From an uncultured virus (IMG/VR IMGVR_UViG_3300018080_006410) (taxonomy: Duplodnaviria; Heunggongvirae; Uroviricota; Caudoviricetes), in the IMG/VR virus record IMGVR_UViG_3300018080_006410: a DNA stretch of 20,000 nt; one strand, given 5' to 3'. Of the stretch, positions 9,401-16,561 are shown one piece after another (within the stretch, counting starts at the first letter, position 1; each line of letters starts with the position of its first letter). Under the pieces are notes generated by a model. That model made no database searches. It was not told the origin of the DNA and saw only the letters and a list, made by a program, of their open reading frames with translations. The translations under genes were made by a program, and so were the position numbers.

Positions 9401-11405
9401 TCTTCGCCACGGCCTTGGCCACCTCGCAGCGCTGCTCGTACTCCACGTCCGTCTCGGGCGTTCGCTGGGGCGGCGGCTCGGCCATCAGCAGCCGCGGCAC
9501 CTCGCCCGACAAACAGGCCGACGTCGCCACGATTCCCTTCCCCCACCTCCTCGCCGCCTCGTGGTTCATCCTCGGCATGTAGTAGAAACCGTCCAGCTGG
9601 GCGTCGTTGTGTATCCGGATGAGGTTGTAGAGGCCCTCCTCGGTCCTGGCCGTCAAGATCAGATGGCTGCTCCTCCGGCTCGCCTTCTTCAGCTCGGGAT
9701 CGTCGCCCCGGTAGTCGTTGACGTACATTTCGCAATTATGAACGGCCACACCAGACACATAACTGTTATCCTCTTCAACATGAAGATTGTATACCGGACC
9801 ATCATACCACCTACGATCCACGTTCCTTATCGGAAGATAGACAAAAGAATCATCACTATCCGTATACACCTCATCAGTATTGGCTGTCCTACCCCATCGA
9901 ACATCATACCTGTCAAATTCTCCATTCTTCACGCATGACACCTGATAGGCTGCACCCTTCACTTTTGCTACGGCCAAACGACTCAAATGAGCCAACTCCC
10001 ATGAACTCGTAGTCAGCACATCACCACGCTTGTTTGCATCTCCCTCCCAAAGACCCCAAATAAAAGCAGCCAAAAGGCTTTTATTCAATCCAAGGAACGA
10101 AATCGGAAACTTCTTCTCTTTCGCCCCCGCACCAAACATGGCCAACATCATCTTTTGAAGAATCACCGAGCAAACATAATAATCCGATGCCTGCGACACC
10201 CTTTCATTTCCATTTTTATCCGTAAAAGAGACCTCTCCAGCACATACCAATTCAAGGCCCAACTCGGACTTTAGAAATGTCCTCAGAAAATCAATTGCCC
10301 GCACATCCGATAAGTTGTTAAATGTCCACCTCACTGTCCCATGCTGCTGACTTCCCTCCGCCACATACAGCCCAAACATCCTCATCCAATCACCAGTCAG
10401 TGCGATCTCTACTGGAAAATTCCTATTTGACACCGTATCATTCGGCCCATTGCGAGTCCGATATGCCTTCCCCTCTCTATTCTCATACCCCACAACCCAA
10501 TCCAAGACTTTTATCATTGACTCCTCTGTATCTGGAATTCTTGGAAGAACTGCATAACTCCTCCACAATCCACGGACTTTAGAGCCACTCCGAGCCGCAG
10601 AACACCTCATATTCGCCCGTCCAAATTTAATATCTTCCGGCTTCTCCCAGGAAAAACCAAATTCCCACTTGTGAGATGTCTTCCCGTACACCATAACGGG
10701 ATGTTCCCCAGTAACCTCCAAGCCACTCTCCCCCCAGCATTCTATTCTGTACACTGTTCCTGAATAATTCCTCTTAGAGCATCCGACCACCCTTTGAAAA
10801 CGCCCATTATGAGTAAGAACCTCATCCCCGACACGAACATCCTCAATCTTTTTCACCCCATTCTTAGCAAATATCGGCTGTCCAGGCGTCAGGCAACCGA
10901 AGATGGCCTTGATCCCGGCCTCCCTGCACGCCTTGTACTGCCGTATCCAGCCCCCCACGGAGCCGTGGTTGGTCACGCAGCAGAAGGACCGCCCCTGGGC
11001 CTTCAGGAGCTTCACAAGGTCCTCGACGCGCCCCAGGCCGTCCCTGATGCTGAACTCGTCATGGTGGTGCAGGCTAACGTAGGCGTCAGGAAGCGCGGCA
11101 TGCACTCGTTCCCTCAGGGCGTCGTCGATGGCCCAAGGGTTGGCGACATGGGGGAACTTGCGAGAGAAGCGAGCAGAGCACTGGACGACGACAGCGGCCT
11201 TGGCGAGCATCATCTCCTGGACGATGTCGACACCGTCCTTCTCCCAGGTCACCGCGACCTCGGCCCTGTCCAAGCCGAGCTGCGCCACGTAGTCGTCCAC
11301 GCAGAAGTCCTCAAGAGGCACCACCAGCAGCACAGCCTTCCAGCTCCCCAGCCGCTGCCCCTCCGGCGTCCCGCACCCGTCGTAGAAAGTCTGAAGGTCC
11401 ACCAT
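6462..11405 (-). CDS. dnaE: DNA polymerase III alpha subunit (DnaE), intein-containing
   Basis: PHP motifs (LHHHDEFSIRDG, TNHGS, G|CE, SACLSGE, SDSHY), GRGSAAGS, FERFL, catalytic PDIDTDF, KHAGGV, KYDILGL, GIFQF, RPGP, YQEQ, YGFNKSH, C-terminal OB fold. Likely start ATG 11405 (MVDLQ, GAGGTGG RBS) rather than TTG 11501. Confidence 0.95.
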   Translation of the reverse strand: MVDLQTFYDGCGTPEGQRLGSWKAVLLVVPLEDFCVDDYVAQLGLDRAEVAVTWEKDGVDIVQEMMLAKAAVVVQCSARFSRKFPHVANPWAIDDALRERVHAALPDAYVSLHHHDEFSIRDGLGRVEDLVKLLKAQGRSFCCVTNHGSVGGWIRQYKACREAGIKAIFGCLTPGQPIFAKNGVKKIEDVRVGDEVLTHNGRFQRVVGCSKRNYSGTVYRIECWGESGLEVTGEHPVMVYGKTSHKWEFGFSWEKPEDIKFGRANMRCSAARSGSKVRGLWRSYAVLPRIPDTEESMIKVLDWVVGYENREGKAYRTRNGPNDTVSNRNFPVEIALTGDWMRMFGLYVAEGSQQHGTVRWTFNNLSDVRAIDFLRTFLKSELGLELVCAGEVSFTDKNGNERVSQASDYYVCSVILQKMMLAMFGAGAKEKKFPISFLGLNKSLLAAFIWGLWEGDANKRGDVLTTSSWELAHLSRLAVAKVKGAAYQVSCVKNGEFDRYDVRWGRTANTDEVYTDSDDSFVYLPIRNVDRRWYDGPVYNLHVEEDNSYVSGVAVHNCEMYVNDYRGDDPELKKASRRSSHLILTARTEEGLYNLIRIHNDAQLDGFYYMPRMNHEAARRWGKGIVATSACLSGEVPRLLMAEPPPQRTPETDVEYEQRCEVAKAVAKKAKKDYEPPERDTGETDAEYLAACAVFVKAAREEAERIYRLYEEAFDEFYVELQIIEYEEQREVNRRLIEFGREVGAKFMLASDSHYLDATHANTHDLLLMMRQGKTVLDKRESEEEVWNFQVANLYYRDAAAMRDVFENGFVDKKGGRHGPFRDDVFTEEVFVEAMANTRRVAVAADPIRFDPTIQLPKLYDNGAEMLRRKVNAGFGERGIGRRVDVQDYLDRVRHEFAVITKLGWADYFLIMDRIVADAKEKFGEWAVGYGRGSAAGSLVSYCLGLTDCDPLEHGLLFERFLDEGRRDAPDIDTDFDPRVREWVKGHIVKVFGEDNVCSIGTYSTYKTRAVILGVARVLALDVHEANAVTKKLEPLKSFEVGDEGDEEIVDKMDLDDVCAHYPELADYLDRNPEVRFHAEIIRNQVSNMGKHAGGVIISGSSLKGRIPVLRDSKGGILSAWAESGTVQELSELGLVKYDILGLNNLPVIADCISFIEDRHGVRPIRDEIPIDDRNSIRQEARRDLVGIFQFENPATMPIVAEVGMESLNDVAAITSLIRPGPKDMGMDMEYARRKHGQPYEVLDCIREILAPTYGIIVYQEQMMQISQALCGFDGPKANRLRRACGKKNVELMRSVKEDFVNGAQPRIDSGEVTTRQVEDLWELVVKFAKYGFNKSHAITYSAITTVELWLKHNYLVEYMAALLNNTKQGKKKHGSSNILVRYVNYARRRGIDMLPPDVSRSGVGFRLEGPSIRFSLGHVKNVATSATEIEAAQPFTGIEDFNARVMATVNRKQKDGTYKATKQKLNKRVFESLLYAGAFDSFGARNEVAAKFAELRKQKTPPVELSDDEWLEKEREMCGLVMSVDPLVKRCGALISEAKAQTIGEEAIRDRVRLFGRIDSIVNHTSRNGNPMWKVFLDDGIDSIMFYVFEGGKQRFKDEFETGDVALVPMKRFEDGGQRFFDDDGDCVVFTKEDVDDAEAGRLSQG
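9735..10895 (-). mobile_element. Intein with LAGLIDADG homing endonuclease (387 aa) in the DnaE PHP domain
   Basis: Begins CLTPGQPI (block A) after KAIFG; block B VTGEHPV; LAGLIDADG-like FGLYVAEGS and FIWGLWEGDAN; ends VYNLHVEEDNSYVSGVAVHN followed by Cys (+1). Removal restores GIKAIFG-CEMY. Two hand-counted 60-nt lines inside are 45% GC versus 60% and 70% in two flanking lines. Confidence 0.95.
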
Positions 11406-12387
11406 CGACCACCTCTCTGTATCGCGCCTCGTCCAGTCTCCAACCCTTATTATATCGAAAAACGGGAGCGTTTCGCGGAGCCTCGGGGGATTTTGGGTCA
11501 AGAAGGCATACCGACTTCCTCCCGGAGTACGGGAAATACATCCTCAGAAAGACCTCCGAACCCGGCATCGAGTCGGACGCCACCAGGATCGCCACCTGGT
11601 CCCCGTCGAACCCCGTCGCCTCCCGGAACTCGGCAGTCGGCTCCACCATCACCGGGACCTGACGGGCCGCGTGGGCCTTGAGCGACACCGGCTCCATCGG
11701 GAACATCCTCTGAGCCTCCCGCGACGTCGTCAGCCAAACCCCGTCCCCGGACCGGGCCACCACCGACCCGTTGAACCTCCGAATGCACGGACCGGCCATC
11801 ATCTGGTTCAAGACCGGACGACCTTTCGCAACCAGGTGCGCCATGCGCCCCAGGCCGTCCGACCCAAGCTCCTGGTCGAACTCCTGGAACTCGCCCTGGA
11901 GATCGCCCTCCGCCGGCTCCATGAGCGACAGCGCCCTGGGCCGCTCGGCCTTTTCCGCCGCCACATGCTCGACAAGGGCCCCGAAGGCCTCAAGCCCGTC
12001 AACGAGCGGGCACGCCTTCAGCCAATGGGCAGGATAGGCGCGGCACACCCTCCGCATGCGGTCCGGGTCCAAGCAGACATCCCCGCAAACCACCACCGGC
12101 ATGGCCGTCGGGATGGACAACACGGACAGCTCGTCGATCCGGCGGGCGGCGAAGCCCAGCACTCCCCACGAGACAAACCACAAGGTTATCTCAAGACCGC
12201 TCACGTCCAGACAGACAGACAGCCCCCCGACGCCGGAGAGGAAGGTCGCACCTGCCACCCTGGCCCTCGCGCGGCTGTCAGGGACAATCGGGCAAAAGGG
12301 AGCAGCCACCCTCCCGTCGTAGTGGAACTCGCCGTCCCACCGGAAAAGGTGACCGCCCTTCTCGTCATGCCCAAGCACGTCAGCCAT
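11311..12387 (-). CDS. Hypothetical protein (358 aa)
   Basis: ATG overlaps the end of the ParB-like gene; same strand and codon style as neighbours; no recognised motif; 3' end overlaps the proposed dnaE start by 95 nt. Confidence 0.65.
   Translation of the reverse strand: MADVLGHDEKGGHLFRWDGEFHYDGRVAAPFCPIVPDSRARARVAGATFLSGVGGLSVCLDVSGLEITLWFVSWGVLGFAARRIDELSVLSIPTAMPVVVCGDVCLDPDRMRRVCRAYPAHWLKACPLVDGLEAFGALVEHVAAEKAERPRALSLMEPAEGDLQGEFQEFDQELGSDGLGRMAHLVAKGRPVLNQMMAGPCIRRFNGSVVARSGDGVWLTTSREAQRMFPMEPVSLKAHAARQVPVMVEPTAEFREATGFDGDQVAILVASDSMPGSEVFLRMYFPYSGRKSVCLLDPKSPEAPRNAPVFRYNKGWRLDEARYREVVDGGPSDFLRRVRDAGGAAAGELEGCAAGGAS
11448..11453 (-). promoter_or_regulatory. Possible sigma70-type -10 box (TATAAT) upstream of dnaE
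   Basis: Perfect TATAAT in an AT-rich patch about 43 nt upstream of ATG 11405; no good -35 at 17 bp spacing; lies inside the upstream ORF. Confidence 0.35.
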
Positions 12388-13798
12388 CCTGCTTCATCGC
12401 CTCGGCTAGCGTCGCGTGCGTCTCCAGCGGAGGATGGCTCGCGACATCGCCGAGCGCGATCATGCACTCGACGATCTTGTCAACGATGGTCAGGGCGTCG
12501 CCGCCAGTGACGGCCTCGTACTCCCGGACGTACTTGCCGACCGCCTTCAGCGGCTTGTTGGCGAGCTGCTGCTTCGGATCGAACGCGTCCTCCGCCTGGA
12601 GCTTCTCGACGTAGGTGTTCAGGAAGTTGATGGACGACTCCAGCTTGCGGTCGAAGTCGGTCGCCGTCATCCCCTTGTGCCAATCGATCGAGTATCCCAG
12701 GAAGGCCTCGACGTTGCTGATCGTCGTGATCGCGCCGTCCCCGCGGGCCGAGATGTCGAACTCCAGCTCCCTCGGATAGCCGCGCTCCACGATGGAGTAG
12801 ATGGCGTACTTCTTGGCGCCGCCCTTGTTGACGGCGGCTCGGCCGTACATGTCGTCCTGATTCGCCTTCACGTCGCCACCGACGGCCGTCAGGACGGCGT
12901 ACTCGGCCTTCTCCATGGCCTTGATCGACCTGGTCTCGTTGGCCGCGATAACCGCCTTCCTGGCCTCGTTGAGGCTCATGTCGGCCACGATCATCGGCAC
13001 CACCGTCTTGGCCCCGTACACCATAGCCAGGAAGACCAGGCGGTGACGCCCGCTCGTGCACTCCAGCGCATTCCCGACTCTCGCCACCTGAATGGGCGTG
13101 AACATCCGGCCATCCCGGAGCACCTCGAAGCCGATCCTCCTGACCTGCGTCGCCTCGATGCGCGAGCTCAGGTTAACGTGATTCTGAAGCGGACACGCCG
13201 CGTACACATCCTTGAGGCCGTCATCCTCGGGCTCCTCGCTGAAGATGGCCACGTCCTCGATGGGAACAGCGTCTCCCAGGTGACCCTTCATGATGTCCGA
13301 GAGCGGAAGCGCCTCCTCCAGCTTGCCAGCCTTGTTCAACATGTAGCTGACCATCTTCTGGGCCGGCGTCATCGGCTTCCGCGCCCGCTTCTTCGGCGGT
13401 GGCGGCATCGCGTTCCATCCGACCGACATGGTCTCCTGGGCGTCCGGGGTCTCCGCCTTCGTGTCGGCCTTGGACTCCGTTGCAATTTCCTGCTCGCCAT
13501 CCTCGCCCAGCGACGGACCGGTCACAGGCTCGACCCCCGCACTGGTCGGGGGAGCCTGGCGCGGTGGAGCCTGGCGCGGTGGAGCCTTCCTCTTGGGCTT
13601 CTTCTCATCCTTGACCTTGGCCCTGGCCTTGGCCTCGCCGCCTTCACTCACGGCCTCTGGCGGAATCGCCTCCATCTCCGCTGCGCCATCCGTCTCCTCC
13701 GGCTTGCCGCCATCCCCTCCCTGGTTGAAGAAGTCATCGCCGTCATCCCCGAAGAAGTCACTGCCAAACAGATCATTGTCGTCCTTCTTGCCATCCAT
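12380..13798 (-). CDS. ParB/Srx-like N-domain protein with long acidic, Pro/Lys-rich disordered N-terminus
   Basis: AAGGAG RBS before ATG 13798 (MDGKKDD). GRMFTPIQVARVGNALECTSGRHRLVFL...VVPMIV...AVIAANETR matches the ParB/Srx pattern (PI.V......GxxR...N..R). Confidence 0.7.
   Translation of the reverse strand: MDGKKDDNDLFGSDFFGDDGDDFFNQGGDGGKPEETDGAAEMEAIPPEAVSEGGEAKARAKVKDEKKPKRKAPPRQAPPRQAPPTSAGVEPVTGPSLGEDGEQEIATESKADTKAETPDAQETMSVGWNAMPPPPKKRARKPMTPAQKMVSYMLNKAGKLEEALPLSDIMKGHLGDAVPIEDVAIFSEEPEDDGLKDVYAACPLQNHVNLSSRIEATQVRRIGFEVLRDGRMFTPIQVARVGNALECTSGRHRLVFLAMVYGAKTVVPMIVADMSLNEARKAVIAANETRSIKAMEKAEYAVLTAVGGDVKANQDDMYGRAAVNKGGAKKYAIYSIVERGYPRELEFDISARGDGAITTISNVEAFLGYSIDWHKGMTATDFDRKLESSINFLNTYVEKLQAEDAFDPKQQLANKPLKAVGKYVREYEAVTGGDALTIVDKIVECMIALGDVASHPPLETHATLAEAMKQDG
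13551..13587. repeat. 15-bp tandem repeat (GGAGCCTGGCGCGGT x2.5) encoding APPRQAPPRQAPP
   Basis: Directly visible exact repeat inside the disordered N-terminus of the ParB-like gene. Confidence 0.9.
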
Positions 13799-13853
13799 CT
13801 CGTTTTCTCCTTCTTGCCGTCGTAAAATCACCAGCCACACTCTCGTCCGCCCT

Positions 13854-13883
13854 ATTATACACGTCGCCAGCAACAATTCTGAA
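13854..13883 (-). promoter_or_regulatory. Putative sigma70-type promoter for the ParB-like gene
   Basis: Minus strand TTCAGA-18 nt-TATAAT in an AT-richer intergenic gap, about 55 nt upstream of ATG 13798. Confidence 0.5.
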
Positions 13884-13895
13884 AAATCCGAGCGA

Positions 13896-14816
13896 TTATT
13901 TCCTCTTCGAGTCGATATAGGCCAGGACGGGCTTCGGGATGCCCTCTTCCTTTCCCGCCTTCTGAACCAGGTCGTAAACGTCGACCGACTCGGCCTCCAG
14001 CTCGTCCATGCCCCGCACGAAGGCGTTGGCGTCGAACTCGCTCATGTCCCTGACGATCTCCGCCACATCCTGCCCGAAAACGTCCGATCCTGGCTTCACG
14101 CACTCGATGGGGAGCAGCCTCACGGCCGGCGGCCTCCCCGCCCCGACCTCTATCACCGCGACCATCGGAACACGGTCGATCTCATCCATGGCGCCCCTGG
14201 AGACGGCCCCCGGGTTGCAAAAGGTCGTCCCGTCGACCACATGCGTGTCGTAGCCGTCGTGCATGTGCCCGGACAGGACCAGGTCGTAGGGGCACCCAAC
14301 CCCGAAGTCGGCCGTCGACTCCACGTCGAAGAACTTCTTCTTGTTGGTGATCGACTGATGAGCCACGAGCACGTTGACCCTGCCAGGCGGCATCATCTTC
14401 CCCTTCGCATCCTCCAGCTTCTCCCAGACATGGCACGGCCACAGCTCAACCTCGCCGACCTCCGTCGGCCCCCACATCACCTCGAGCTTCTCGCAGTGCC
14501 TCGCCATGAAGGCCATGGTCGAGGTCTCGTAGGTCTTCGGGTTGTAGCCGTGGACGTCGTGCTGCCCGAGCACCACGTACGTCGTCAGGTCCGACGAGCA
14601 GATCGGCTCCATCACCCTGTTGATGACATCGTAGCTGAATATCTTGTGGTTGTTGAAGAAGTCGCCTCCGAAGACCACGAACTCGCATCTCTCGGCGGTC
14701 GCGCGCTCGTATATCTCAGCCACCTTCTCCACCAGCGCGGACGGGTAGTCGTCGACCCTGTGCCTCGGCGTCTTGCCGCTCAGCTGAAGGTCGGTGTAGA
14801 ACAGCAACCTGGTCAT
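13896..14816 (-). CDS. Mre11/SbcD-like metallophosphoesterase (recombination nuclease subunit)
   Basis: AAAGGAGG RBS before ATG 14816 (MTRLLFYTDLQL); motifs TDLQL, GGDFF, LGQHD, VAHQ, SGHMH, NPGA of the calcineurin-like phosphoesterase/SbcD family. Confidence 0.85.
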   Translation of the reverse strand: MTRLLFYTDLQLSGKTPRHRVDDYPSALVEKVAEIYERATAERCEFVVFGGDFFNNHKIFSYDVINRVMEPICSSDLTTYVVLGQHDVHGYNPKTYETSTMAFMARHCEKLEVMWGPTEVGEVELWPCHVWEKLEDAKGKMMPPGRVNVLVAHQSITNKKKFFDVESTADFGVGCPYDLVLSGHMHDGYDTHVVDGTTFCNPGAVSRGAMDEIDRVPMVAVIEVGAGRPPAVRLLPIECVKPGSDVFGQDVAEIVRDMSEFDANAFVRGMDELEAESVDVYDLVQKAGKEEGIPKPVLAYIDSKRK

Positions 14817-14855
14817 GGTCGTCCTCCTTTGCGACACTATACGCCGCGAGGAGGG

Positions 14856-14890
14856 CAAAAAGAGAGGGCCGCGCTTTCACGCGGCCCTCT
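14856..14890 (-). terminator. Rho-independent terminator after the tubulin/small-ORF unit
   Basis: Minus strand AGAGGGCCGCG-TGAAAG-CGCGGCCCTCT (perfect 11-bp stem) followed by CTTTTT. Confidence 0.85.
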
Positions 14891-14926
14891 GGGAGGTGGG
14901 CGGGGAGGGGAGGACCCCGCCCGGGG

Positions 14927-15190
14927 TTAGACCTTGCCCGGCCTCGCGAACGTCGCGGGCTTGTCATTATGGCTGCCGACGGCGTGCCCGGAGCTGCCGA
15001 ACTGCCTCTGCGCGCTCATGGTCGCCGAGACCCCGCTGCCCTGGGCCGACAGGTCGAGGGCCCGGATGAACCTCGTGGCAGCCGCCTGCTCCTGCTTCCC
15101 GTCGAACCAGAGAAGCCTGTCGGCGCTGTCGTTCGCCGCGTTCTCGATGTCGCTCTGCTGCTTGTCGGTCACGTTCGCTCGATAAGCCAT
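14927..15190 (-). CDS. Small hypothetical protein (87 aa) co-transcribed with the tubulin gene
   Basis: Starts 4 nt after the tubulin stop; followed by hairpins and terminator. Confidence 0.7.
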   Translation of the reverse strand: MAYRANVTDKQQSDIENAANDSADRLLWFDGKQEQAAATRFIRALDLSAQGSGVSATMSAQRQFGSSGHAVGSHNDKPATFARPGKV

Positions 15191-15194
15191 GTCT

Positions 15195-16376
15195 CTATTC
15201 CTTCCTCAACGTGGCCCCGCCGACGCGCGCGATCTCCTCCATGCGCTCGTCGGGACGCCCGAGCTCTCCCAGGATCGTGTAGACCACGAGCCCTGGCTTG
15301 CCGCCCCGGTAGATGCCGCGATGCACGACAGAACCGGCGCCCATGATCCTGGACAGCATCTCGAAGCCGTGCTCCAGATACGCCTGGGGAACCTTCTCCA
15401 ACACGTCGCCGTGGGCGATGAAGACGCAGCCGGCCGCCTTGGCCTGCTTCAAGTCGAAGCCGCCGACCAGGACGTTCCTCCGGAGGTTGTCCCGGATGGC
15501 GTAGCTGATGTCGTCCGCGGCGCCCCACTTCTTCATCGGGCATGCCCCGAACGTCACCGTGCCGGACTCAAGGATGTCCTTGAGGTCCGCCCTGTCAAAA
15601 GTCGTGAAGTCGGAATCCCTGATCGCGATGGTGTTGAACAAATGGAACAAGCTGGAGACGTTCCGGTTCGCCACATCCCAGAACTTCGCCACTGGCAGAT
15701 TGGGATAGAGCCGGTTAATCCTGTCGTTGTCAATAACGATCAGGGGACTCAGGCTCCTGCCGGCCAGCTTCCCCGCGTCGCTCCCAACCATCGAGAACAG
15801 ATCGTCCAGAACGCCGTGGGCGTTGAAGTTCACCTTGGCCCCCTCGGTCGTCTTGGGCAGCGCCGCAATGGCGCCGACCGCCGGCTTGCCACCCTCCTCC
15901 TCGACCTTAAACGACCTGGCGATGTCGTGAGCGATGTCGACGAGGGCCTTCGCGCAGCCGCTTCCCGTGCCGCCTCCGGCTCCGACGGAGACGAAGACAC
16001 GGTCGAACTTGCGTCCGAAACTGCGCCGCATCAGGTCGTAGACGTCCTCGTAGTAGCTCTGAATTGCCTTGGCGCCCTTTGCCGGGTCCTTGCCCGCGCC
16101 GCCAGAGCCAATATCCATGACGAGCTTGTTCGACTCCGGAATGTCGATCCCGGCCAGGTCCTGGCTATTCGTGTTAACGCAGCACACGCGCCGATAGCCG
16201 AGCTTCCAGAAGCTCTCGACGATGCGGCTGCCCGCCTGCCCGGCCCCAACGAAGGCGTAGTCGAACGCGCCCTCGAACTCGTCCTTGACCACCTCGCCCT
16301 CCGCGACGCCCTCCTCGGGCATCGGGATGTCCGGAACGTCAACCAGGAAATCATCATTGACGATGTCGTCGCTCAT
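15195..16376 (-). CDS. Tubulin/FtsZ-superfamily GTPase (CetZ/TubZ/PhuZ-like)
   Basis: FVGAGQAGSRI (T1), CVNTN, GAGKDP..G, signature GAGGGTGSG, IDND, T7-like TTFDRADL. GAGGAG RBS before ATG 16376 (MSDDIVND); an alternative in-frame ATG at 16502 also has GGAGG. No FtsZ-type long C-terminal linker or core peptide. Confidence 0.9.
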   Translation of the reverse strand: MSDDIVNDDFLVDVPDIPMPEEGVAEGEVVKDEFEGAFDYAFVGAGQAGSRIVESFWKLGYRRVCCVNTNSQDLAGIDIPESNKLVMDIGSGGAGKDPAKGAKAIQSYYEDVYDLMRRSFGRKFDRVFVSVGAGGGTGSGCAKALVDIAHDIARSFKVEEEGGKPAVGAIAALPKTTEGAKVNFNAHGVLDDLFSMVGSDAGKLAGRSLSPLIVIDNDRINRLYPNLPVAKFWDVANRNVSSLFHLFNTIAIRDSDFTTFDRADLKDILESGTVTFGACPMKKWGAADDISYAIRDNLRRNVLVGGFDLKQAKAAGCVFIAHGDVLEKVPQAYLEHGFEMLSRIMGAGSVVHRGIYRGGKPGLVVYTILGELGRPDERMEEIARVGGATLRKE

Positions 16377-16561
16377 TGCGCTCTCCTCGCTGTCTCGCGA
16401 TATGACAACCCTGCGCCTCTCGGCATGTCCTCCCCCCTCGGCCCCCGCAAGTCCGTCACGGACGAACCGCGAACCGTGAAGCACCTCTCCCTTACCGCTC
16501 ATGGCTTCCTCCATCTCGGCGTGGCACCGCTCTACACAACTGTCAGGATATAAAACGAATA

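Noticed and set aside
9735..10895. Low-GC segment as a group I/II intron or IS element
   Set aside because: It is fully in frame with dnaE and has canonical intein termini (C...HN|C); no terminal repeats or transposase motifs.
13551..13587. 15-bp repeat as CRISPR, iteron or centromere (parS/tubC)
   Set aside because: Only 2.5 contiguous copies with no spacers, in frame within a low-complexity coding region.
15195..16376. Calling the tubulin-family gene ftsZ
   Set aside because: GQAG T1 loop, no C-terminal linker/core peptide and no dcw context; the family is clear but orthology to FtsZ is not.
16373..16426. Tiny ORF MPRGAGLSYRETARRAQ overlapping the tubulin start (ATGA)
   Set aside because: GGAGG is only 2 nt from its ATG and there is no other support; it could be chance.
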